A stretch of DNA of 64,000 nt from Amoebidium appalachense (lineage: Eukaryota > Protista > Ichthyosporea). Both the position numbers and the translations under genes were made by a program. The stretch lies in assembly GCA_963693365.1 (NCBI GenBank), contig CAVNZM010000001.1, positions 5,410,907-5,474,906 on the forward strand, read 5' to 3'. The notes below the pieces were generated by a model. That model was not told where the DNA came from. It saw only the letters and a list, made by a program, of their open reading frames with translations, and searched no databases. Shown here one piece after another: positions 28,123 through 64,000 of the stretch; the stretch's first letter is position 1, and each line of letters opens with the position of its first letter.

Positions 28123-29719
28123 ACGGCACACACACAAGGCAGCAAGCACACACATGAAAATAGGCACACAGTGAGACACTCGTCATACCTGTTGTAATAG
28201 GTGGCTGGCCGGGACTTGAAGGCAAACAACAGGTAGCATATGATATTCTGCAGGAGCATGTGTCTGCCCCCGAAGGTACACGTCCACCATTGCGTATGAT
28301 TCTTGGCCGGCTATGGCGGTTGTGGTAAAAGTTGGACTGTGCACCACATGGTAAGATCGCTGCGTGAACGTGCCGTGGAGTTGGGGGTCCCGCCAGACGA
28401 ATTTGTGCGGCTTGCGGCACCAACTGGTGTTGCAGCACATAACATAGGTGGGAAAACCCTGCATCGTCTTTTTGATGTCAAGGTACCTATTGGGACTACC
28501 AAGCCGTATGCCTCTAGCGCTCAGTTAGCTGCCATACAAAGAAAGCTTTGCCATTGCCGCTATTTGATAATTGATGAGATGTCTATGATGGGACAGGGCA
28601 TGCTGGGAATTTTTCTAACGCGTCTAGAGGAAGCCAGGGTATTGGATAAGGTATCAATCATTCTGGTAGGCGATATGGCACAGTTACCTCCGTGTGGCGA
28701 TCCTGCGCAGTATGAACCCTACGACCACACGAAGGACGAGCAGAATTTCAAACTCCTAGGTTCAAGTGAGATTCTAAAATTCAAAACAGTAGTGGCATTG
28801 GATGTGGTTAAAAGGCAGTTGGGTGTTAATGAAGAGGAGTTGGCTTTTAAGGCATTTCTTCTTCGCGTGCGCAATGGTCAGATGCAACCTGGTGATTGGC
28901 AGTTTCTCATGTCTCGTTCGAGAGAATCCTTAGTAGCCACTGGTGAGTGGGGTTTGTTTGAAGGGGCTATGAGAACAATGGCCAATAAGAACCGGGTGTA
29001 TGCTTACAACACGCAGACTCTGCACGCAATGGGAAAACCTGTGGCACGGCTGGTGGCGCAGAATTCTTTGGACTCTGCACTTGCTAAAAATTCACCTGCA
29101 GATGATGTTGGTGGTCTTGAGCCAGAATTGTCTTGCAGTTGGTGCTCGTGTTATGCTTAATGCTAACCTGAATGTCAAGCTGGGTTTGGTGAATGGTGCA
29201 GTCGGCCATGTGGTTGATCTCCTATACAGGCCTGGGGAGTCCCCCGCTACTGACCTTCCTGCAGCAGTATTGGTTGACTTTCCTGGTTATAGTGGCCCTC
29301 CTTTCCTAGCTGGGAGGCCAACGGTTGTTCCCATACCAGTGGTCGAAAGACGAGGCCATTGTGGTGGCAAGCGGAAGCGAGCAGGTGCGGGTGGTGCCAT
29401 TGATTTCAATCGTCGTCAAGTCCCCTTGTCACTGGCATATGCCGTCACTATCCATAAAACCCAAAGTATGTCAGTGGATAGGGCGGTCGTTGATGTCGGC
29501 CCTACAGAATTCGCTCATGGTCTCACATATGTTGCGCTCTCCCGTTTGCGTTCTTTCTCTGGTCTTGCTAGTGAGCCCTTCTTGGCCTCACAGCGCCGCT
29601 TGCTAGGAATAAATGACTCAAAAGCTGTGGCCAAGCGTAAAGATTTTGAGAGAGATCAGATTCATGTCAATGCAAAAGTCACGCTCGCACAATATATGCA
29701 CGCAAGGGAGTCGAGGTAG
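26639..29719 (+). pseudogene. PIF1-family (SF1B) DNA helicase, Helitron-like, frameshifted
   Basis: Motifs LEGKQQVAYDIL..PLRMIL, GYGGCGKS (Walker A), AAPTGVAA.NIGGKTLH, IIDEMSM (Walker B), ILVGDMAQLPP, LVNGAVG, RRQVPLSLAYAVTIHKTQS, YVALSR. The region 28201-29719 is intronless, with frame breaks at about 28304 and 29131. An upstream acidic exon (26639-26935) ends in a gtatgt donor. Confidence 0.85.
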
Positions 29720-29786
29720 GGTTGGCTTTAATGTGAAGTGGGCTCCCGATTTGCTATCTGTGCGAAGATGGTGTACTATGGTAAGT

Positions 29787-29818
<32 letters not shown>

Positions 29819-29960
29819 GGGGGGGGGATTCATTGTAATGCATTTGTGATATAAGGGATTGATAAAGTGGACGTGATGTTGGGACCCGGGGTAGTTTATG
29901 TGCTACACTAAGTGTATTTCTTTTTTTCTTTTCTTTTTTTTTTTTTTTTTTTTGGGGGGT

Positions 29961-29996
<36 letters not shown>

Positions 29997-30139
29997 TGAT
30001 GAAGGGGATGTAATGTTGGGACCCCGTTTTCCTTCAAACTAAGTTTGTGTCTGTTTTGTGTGTGTGTGCGTCCGTGCGTGCCCAAGTTGTGCGCGCGCGT
30101 GTGTGTATGCGTGTGTGCATGCTGCGTGCATGCATGTGT

Positions 30140-30206
<67 letters not shown>

Positions 30207-30237
30207 GCGGTGTGTCTGTGTATGTCTGTGTGTGTCT

Positions 30238-30298
<61 letters not shown>

Positions 30299-30315
30299 TC
30301 TCTTTCTCGTACACG

Positions 30316-30575
30316 CTGTGGAGAAACCATGCCCACACGGTACTTTCAGAGCTGGAACCCCGGCCTTACTACTTTGTACGTGGCACGTGGTGGAGAAACA
30401 ATGCCCACACGGTATTATGTACATGTGGTGGAGAAACAATGCCCACACAGTGCTATCAGAGATGGAACCCCACTCTGCAATTATGGCCTCAGCAATATCA
30501 ACAAATTATATGTGCACGTGGTGGAGAAACAATGTACACACGGTACTACCAGAGTTGTAACACCGACTCTGCAAT
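30316..30575. repeat. Degenerate tandem repeat, 4 copies of gtggagaaacaatgcccacacggtac
   Basis: Core copies at about 30317, 30390, 30428 and 30520, with variable spacers. Confidence 0.8.
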
Positions 30576-30847
30576 TTTTTTTTGGTCATGTGTCTAAAAT
30601 CATATGGCCACCCACCTGCAAAGAAGTTCTTTCTGATTGGGTGGGACGGGTGTTTATTAACACCCCCCCCCCCCCCCCTCCCCCCCACTCCCCTTCCTCC
30701 CCCCCCCCCCCCACCCCCACCCCTCTCTTCCTGTCCCAAACGCCCAAAGACTTTCCCCGCACACGTACCTCCTAGTTTCTCGCGACAGGAACCGTGACAC
30801 ATACACACACACAAACACACACACACGTCACACACACACACACACGT

Positions 30848-30878
<31 letters not shown>

Positions 30879-31316
30879 ACACACACACATGTGCACACTG
30901 TGATACACACAGAAACACACACACGCACACACGTGTACACAGATGAGCACATGCACACACACATGACGTGGATATCGATTACAAACACACACTCTTCAAC
31001 ATTCGTTGTCTCATAACAGTTTTGGATTGTATCTGCGCGAGGGGCATGAGCCACCGGCCCCATCTAGCAGACGGGAGCCCCGCATTCGCCTGCCAGTATC
31101 TTATTATGACACAAATTGGTTTTGTTTGTTTCAACTTGCCAGGCTTGGTGCTTTGGGCAGAGCTGGTTTATCTGTGCACTTGAAGGAGGCCGTGACGAGC
31201 CGGCCTCAGTGGCCTGAGTCAACTCGATACTGCCAATATGGTCCGAAGAAGACACAAACATCACCAGAATATAAATGTAGTGACCATCCACAATAGCACA
31301 CTAAAATGTTTAAACG

Positions 31317-31436
31317 TTTGAATTTAGAAACTTTATTTTATAGCCTATATACTGCGTAATGTCACTATTTACATACACCGGGTGGAATGGGCGCCAAAAA
31401 GCAGCCAATCATCGTTTTAACGAGCGCTTGGCGGGG
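31317..31436 (+). promoter_or_regulatory. Putative DNMT1 promoter with E2F-like and CCAAT motifs
   Basis: gcgccaaa (31391-31398, reverse complement TTTGGCGC), agccaatc (31403-31410), ttggcggg (31428-31435) and tttgaa (31317-31322), all within 280 bp upstream of the ATG. Confidence 0.4.
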
Positions 31437-31592
31437 TTTTGTTTTTGTTTTCCCCACAAAAACGCTTCTGTGTCAACCTTTCCCCTCACACGTGTGTTCA
31501 AAACAAACCAAAACGGCAGCATTGGCAATTTACCTCGCTTGTTCTCGCCCCAAAACACACGCAAACACACACGCACAGGCCCAAGCACCACC

Positions 31593-57202
<25,610 letters not shown>

Positions 57203-57932
57203 AATTTAACCACCAGGGATGATTGGATGGAGGATGCTAATGCTAGGTGGCTGATTGGATGGCGGCAGCTAAAAATGTTAGTTGACGGATGGGAAACGGG
57301 GGGGGGGGGGGGGGGATTCTTGTCAAGGTGTTTCAGATTGTAGCCATAACCTTGGACTTCGGGGGGGGGGGGGGGGAGGGGGGGGGGGTACCGTTTTACA
57401 TCTGCTGTACTCCTCATAAGGTGTAATACTAAATGATTACATGGGTTAATAATATGTTTTGGGACAGGGATTGTATCTGCTGGCAATTGACTGAGTATTT
57501 TTGTTCCCCAAAGACGCTTAAATATCTGGCTTTATAACAGTAGTCGTCCCTGCCGTAACGTCTGTACTAGACTTGAAGTGTAGTTTTCTCCACAGAGGTG
57601 TGTGGATTCGCTTTTGCAGTGTTAACCCTACTTAAGCGGTGTAGATGTGTATTTTCAATGATGCTGGGCACCAAACCCAGTGTGTGGCTAACCCGATACT
57701 TCAAATTATATATAATATCTCTTATTATATTCGGCTGTGAGGCTGAGTTAAATTGTAACCATGCATGTGTTATACAATAAAAACAAGGCACAGCTTTGAA
57801 GTTGCATGTTCCGGTGCGGTGCATGTGTTCGTCTGTGCTCTTTCCCTCTCTCCCTCCCTCTCTCCCTCCCTCCCTCCCTCCCTCCCCCCTCCCTCCCTCC
57901 CTCCCTCCCTCCCTCCCTCCCTCCCTCTCTCT

Positions 57933-57990
<58 letters not shown>

Positions 57991-58001
57991 CCTCCCTCCC
58001 T

Positions 58002-58042
<41 letters not shown>

Positions 58043-58097
58043 CTTTCTCTCTAAGAATGTGTGTGGTGCACAGTGTGTGTGGGTGGGCGGGTGGGTA

Positions 58098-58153
<56 letters not shown>

Positions 58154-58964
58154 CCCACCACCACCCCCCAAATAACAGTATCTTTTGTTTTGACTGATTG
58201 TTAGCTAACTTTATTGATCCCCCCCTTAACCCCCCCTCCCAATTCTGAAGCCACCACCACCACTCAAATAACAGTATCATTTTGAATGGTTGTTAGCTAA
58301 CTCTATTGATCATGCCATGATGCGGAAGTAAGCCTTACCGTTACACATGTACACGTATATACGGGCAAAGTACACGGTCACGGCTCGTATAGTAGAAACA
58401 TCAGAAAATGGGTCCACTGCTAGCAAAACTCATATGTACGCAGCTAGTGCCATGGCATTGTCTTACGAACACGTTTCTGTTCAACTTAGGTGAATTACCA
58501 ACATAGAATATTTCATTTTTCAATAACAACCAACTGCAAATTCTTCTTCGTTTTGTGTAGCAACAGCTTCGTCAATATTGAATCAACATGTGAAGCACAT
58601 CTCAGTTATCACGCAGAAATTTACTAATTCCTTTTTTAGCTCTCAATGCACCCTGCACTTTCCCGTTTTCCGTCCCACAGTTGAACTTATCAAAATCAAG
58701 CCCGGTACTTGTATCGTCCCGAAGTAACACACCGAAAATATCAACAACAAAAAAACATACTAATTATATATAATCCTAGTTATTATAGCTTTGCTGTGAC
58801 TCATCAACCAACCTAATACTATTAATCACTAATCCACAAGTCAAAATGCGTACTGTTACTATTCCACATCTCCTTCGAATTGACTCGAGCTCGGTATCGC
58901 AATTCAATTACTCATACACCCGCAGTTCCCTGAAAAACGGTACTATTATTAACACGTCGTGCAT

Positions 58965-59091
58965 CTACAGGGGTTCCCGCTGTTTCTCATGTGCACACAC
59001 TACTGCTTTTCTTAATGTATTCGTTGGCTTCTTAAAGACCAATCTCTGTGCCTGATAGAAGACGCCCAACAACGGGTTTCCAGGAAGACAG

Positions 59092-59174
<83 letters not shown>

Positions 59175-59273
59175 TGTGTATGGGTGTGTGTGTAAATGTG
59201 TGTGTGTGTGTGAGCCAGTGTGTGTGCGTGTGAGCATGTGTGTGTGCGTGTGTATGTGTGTGTGTTGTGTGTG

Positions 59274-59316
<43 letters not shown>

Positions 59317-59331
59317 CGCGCGCGCGTGCGT

Positions 59332-59381
<50 letters not shown>

Positions 59382-60934
59382 GTGTCATGTGTGCGTGTTG
59401 ACATGTGCACACGGGCAGGTAGGAGCCAGTGAGTGTGAATCCTACGGAAGTAATCAAGTCAAGAGTATCGAATGCATGTGTGTGGCTCTGGTGCATGGAA
59501 GGAGAAAAAGAGGTTCGTCTGAACCCGTGGTGTGCTCATTGAGTGGGCAGGTAGTGGGAGGGAAAGAAGGCATGCTTCAGTGTAGAATAGAGCACCACAT
59601 GTGCACGTGTGTGAATGATATAGTTCAGTATCACATGTACACGTGTGTGAACAGGGCCCCTCCGTCACTTTATCTCATCTTTCATAGAGGGGTGGGGGGT
59701 GTAAATTGTAAATTGAAATTGTAAATTGGAATTTAATTTTTATGTTAGTAGGTAAATAAATTTTATGTTAGCAGGGTACTTCAGGGCCTGTCCCTAGAGG
59801 GCCCCTCCGTCACTTTATCTCTCTCTCTTTCGTCTCTACTCTTATTTTAAGCTATAGGTATAAATTTGGAAGTTTAGGATGTTAGTAGGGTCCTTCAGGG
59901 CCCTAGAGGGCCCCTCCGTCACTTTATCTCTCTCTCTTTCGTCTCTACTCCTATTCTACAGTGAAATTGGATTTTTGGGGTTTTAGGATGAAATTGGATT
60001 TTAGGATGTCAGTAGGGTACTTCAGGGCCCTGGGAAGAGTGAGTATGTAGTTCAGTATCACATGTGCACGTGTGTGAGTGAGTATATAGTTCAGTATCAC
60101 ATGTACACGTGTGCGCGTGAATAGCAGCACAACAAGTCCACGTGTGTGTGTGTGTGTGTGTGTGTGTATGTCTGTGTGTGTGTTTGTGTGTGTGTGTGTG
60201 TACAGTGCAGCATTGAAGGCTATTTGTGTGTATGAGTTGCATAAATGGTATCCAATAAAGTGAGCCCATGATACCGCTTTCAGCGTGTGAGTTCACTGGT
60301 GTGTAGTAATAGCACACAGCACATGTGTAGGTGTGTGTGTGTGTGTGCGCGCGAGTCAATAGTAAAGCATGACGTGTGTATGCGCATGCGTGATTGGTGC
60401 ATAAAGGCATATGCAAATACTACCTACTCCCATGTGTCAAAAGTGTGTGCTTGCATATTCATGAGTGCGGGGTGTGAATGTGCTGCCATCCCATATTAAC
60501 CCCAGAGCTACATAAACACGGCACAAAGTGACCCAACAGAAGCAAGCATAACTACACCTACTTTAGTGCGTGTGATTGGCCGCTTTGGGTGGGTGCTCAT
60601 CTGCTCACTTACGGGGCAGCATATACAGTGTTCCTCCCTTGGTCGAACTTCTCTCTCTCTCTCTCTCTCTCTCTTATTTCTCTCTCTATCCCCCCCCCCC
60701 CCCCCCCCCCCCCGGGGCCCCGTCACCCACCCACCCACCCACCCTGCATACTCTCCCACAGACACCGATATACCCCATTACACATCCAAGGAACCACCCA
60801 CGAATTAGGAATTGCAGTTCCGCTGCTTCATAGCCCATACATGCAGGAAAACCAAGCAGATCGGGTGGGCTTGCAGGAGAGCAGAGGACGCAACGAATCC
60901 GTTGGGTGTGCTTGAGAAGAAGTGTGAAATCCCC

Positions 60935-60965
<31 letters not shown>

Positions 60966-60997
60966 GGGGGCGGGGGGGTGGGGGGATTTGAGTTTTT

Positions 60998-61028
<31 letters not shown>

Positions 61029-61721
61029 GGGGGAGGGGGGGGGAGGGGGGGGAGGGGGGGAAGGGGGGAGGGGGGGAGGGGGGTAGGGGGGGGGGAGCAT
61101 TTGCACCTTGTTTGGACTATTGCACACACAGCATTATCAAGAGCTGCAAGTGTGACTGCACTTCTAGATGCAGCCTGCAGGCCAAGATCAAACGAGATGT
61201 AGTTGGTGATGGGCGTGAGTTGCATGTAGAGCAGCAGCGTGTAGATCACCACGCACCAGTAGGTTACAACACGTGCGTTGCTATGGAAATCGGAAAAGTT
61301 CGGGTGTGCATGGTGCGTGATAATGACGTAATACCTGCATGCAGAGGGGGGGGGGGAAGGGGGGGGGGGGGAGGGGGGAGGGGGGGAGTTTTGGAGTTAG
61401 TAAGTGGTGTTGTATGCGGGGTTTTTGAGATTATGAGATGGTGAAAAAGTGGAAAGAGGGTTCTGAGGTGGTGGTGATGGGAACGAAAAAAGGGAAGCAG
61501 AAGGAAGGTGGGTAGGTGGGTGGGTGTGTGTAGGGAGATGGGAGGGGGAGCCGGGGGCAGCGTTGGGGGGGGGGGGGGGAGGGCCAAATCAGAAATGTGT
61601 TGCAACACAAAACACGAGCAAGAATGGTGTGATGATTGGGGGGGGAGGAGGACAGGCAGAGTGGATGCGTGTGTAAGTCCCCCCGTGGGTGCGTGTGTGT
61701 TCGTAGGTGTGTATGTGTATA

Positions 61722-61758
<37 letters not shown>

Positions 61759-61759
61759 C

Positions 61760-61791
<32 letters not shown>

Positions 61792-61837
61792 CGCGTCTGT
61801 GTTCGTGTGTGTGTGTGTGTGCGTGTGTGCGTGCGTG

Positions 61838-61877
<40 letters not shown>

Positions 61878-61878
61878 T

Positions 61879-61971
<93 letters not shown>

Positions 61972-62314
61972 CGCTTGTGTGCGTGCGAGTGTGTGTGTGT
62001 GTGTGCGCGCGTGTGTGTTTCTGTGTGCACCTCGCTCTCTGTGTATGTAATACTATTGAGTGTGTGTGCGTGGGTGCTTGCGCATGCACCACACAATGCC
62101 TCTGTGTATGTGTGTGTGCTCGTGTGTCAACGCACACAGGAGAATGGTGCGCCGCATACGTGCCGTTTGTTGAGAGATGTGTTAGGGCCTACCATGGCGT
62201 GCCAGTGTGTAGTATGCGATGATGCATGTGCTAGAGTGTGTCCGTGTGTGAGTGTACACATAAGTGTGGGAGAATAGAAAGGGGGGAGGGAATGGGGTTG
62301 GGAGAGACGGCCCC

Positions 62315-62355
<41 letters not shown>

Positions 62356-63531
62356 CTACCACAGCCACATGCCATACACACCACCTGCAAACCAAAACCC
62401 AGCCACAAGCCAACGTCCAGTCGAGTCGTCCATGGGTGAACCCATAATCCTCCAAACGATGATGGGCACCGCGGAACACAACGAGATCACAACATGGGCC
62501 GGAAGGGGCTGATTGAAAGTGGCCCGAATTCTTCTTTTTAACCTATGGCTAAATACATACGATAGGATGCGCTGCCGTTGTATGAAAGCCCCCACGAAAA
62601 AACATGCAAATAGGAGGCTAAGGCATACGAAAGCACATATGATGTCACGCATACGCTCCAGGCTACCACGCACCTCCGTTGCATCTGAAGGTGTAAGAAC
62701 GTCCGGAATTTGGACCAGTTTCAAGCACACACCCGCGCTCGGAATGGTGTTTGACGCCTGGAACAGTAACCCCGAGGCGTATGCTTGAACAAGGAATGGC
62801 CAGCCCCTGCTCTTTACTGCATGCTGTGTTCTGTGTCTGTACGCTAATACCGCCGTAAACAGAACCACCGCCATGTTTACCGCTGTCGCTGTGCATTGAT
62901 AAACGAAAACCGTGTCACCTATAGCCCTCGCCTTTTTCCATTCTGTCATAAAAACATCCGCTGAGTTTTTTATCTTAAAAAGTGTAGCCAATTTCTCCTT
63001 GGCAGGTGTCTCTGGTGCTGTGAGGGCGTGGTAGAACTGTTCCAACTCCCCAGCCGACGGAATTATCATCGACATTGGGGAGGAGCGTGATACCTTCAAG
63101 CAGGCAATAATTAACCCTGTCTCCGCCGTAAACAGAACGATCAAAATGAGAAAAAATGCAAGCCACGTAATTCTTACGTATCGCGCGTTTAGAAAGCTTT
63201 TCTCTAGACTCTCCCCATCGTTTGTTGTATTACTCCCTCGTCGCTGAAGCTGTGCTTCTCCACGTGGATAGCAGGATATTTCAGATGTTATACTTGGAGA
63301 ATGGATGGACGAGGGTATTTCAGACGTTATGCTGGTTGAGGCCATGGATGAATGTTTCACTGAGCCTTGGTGTATCACTCGCACTGTAGGGCCAGGACGT
63401 TGGGTAATACCCGAGGCTGCTTCTAACGGCACTTTTTGGAGTGCTGGCTCTTTACGGCTGGGCCCGGCTACAAAAGGTGACTCTAAAGTTGTCGGCGTAC
63501 CACCGTCATTTTCGAGCAGGCGCCTTTCCAT
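58965..63531 (-). CDS. Multi-pass (7TM-like) membrane protein, possibly with a divergent C-terminal RGS-like domain
   Basis: The large first exon 63531-62360 (~390 codons, several hydrophobic helices) splices in frame to an exon starting at 61334 (WYYVIIT...VVTYWCVVIYTLLLYMQL). Further candidate exons 60910-60802, 60295-60204 and 59092-58965 are less certain. Confidence 0.6.
59654..60029. repeat. Three tandem ~105-135-bp units
   Basis: Each unit starts gggcccctccgtcactttatctc (59654, ~59799, ~59908) and ends ..agggt(a/c)cttcagggcc. Confidence 0.8.
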
Positions 63532-63925
63532 GGCGTAATGTTCGGTGGGGGCCTTCAGGGCCCTCTCGTCTGGCTCACCTACTTGACTAACCTACATAGC
63601 ACTGAAACACATGTGCTGATGATTAGGCGAGAAAGAACCAGGAAGCTATGAGGTTCCGCCTTGACTGAACGATGCAAACCTTTTCTGGTGTCAAGGAACT
63701 TTCGAACATTTTGGATCAACAGAACATGTCAGGTTTATCCAAGAATGCACGCTGGAATCTGCGATACATGCCTATCTGTACAAGTAGGTCTGTGCGCCGG
63801 CTGTCGCCGGCGCCAAAACATAACGAGACAGTTATTGATGTTGGGTTGTGTGGTTGTTACCTCCCCTCCCCCTCCCCCCCCCCCCGGCCCCCTCCCCCCC
63901 CTCCCTGGCCCCCCCGCCTCACGCT

Positions 63926-63980
<55 letters not shown>

Positions 63981-64000
63981 TGGCCTTTTTTTTTTGCGTA

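Noticed and set aside
30316-30575. CRISPR-like array of ~27-bp repeats
   Set aside because: The context is eukaryotic, the spacers are irregular and related to each other, and there are no cas genes.

Overview
Intron-rich eukaryotic DNA with many poly-G/poly-C runs and (GT)n/(CA)n microsatellites; most entries in the ORF track are low-complexity artefacts. Splicing exons by hand gives five genes: a 3'-truncated bacterial-type L-lactate/glycolate permease (LctP family, minus), a 10-exon glyoxylate/hydroxypyruvate reductase (minus), a 5-exon LENG9-like 2H phosphoesterase (minus), an animal-type DNMT1 of about 36 exons (plus, 31593-57202) and a multi-pass membrane protein that may end in an RGS-like domain (minus). 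There is also a frameshifted PIF1/Helitron-like helicase and one weakly supported gene. Mobile DNA includes six copies of a ~490-bp structured element with variable 5' ends and a fixed 3' end at poly-C, always sense-oriented in introns, plus a 1.2-kb TTAA-flanked Kolobok-like insertion in a DNMT1 intron. An animal-like DNMT1 beside a bacterial-type permease suggests a unicellular holozoan such as an ichthyosporean; this is inference only. Exon coordinates were read by eye and may be off by a few bases.
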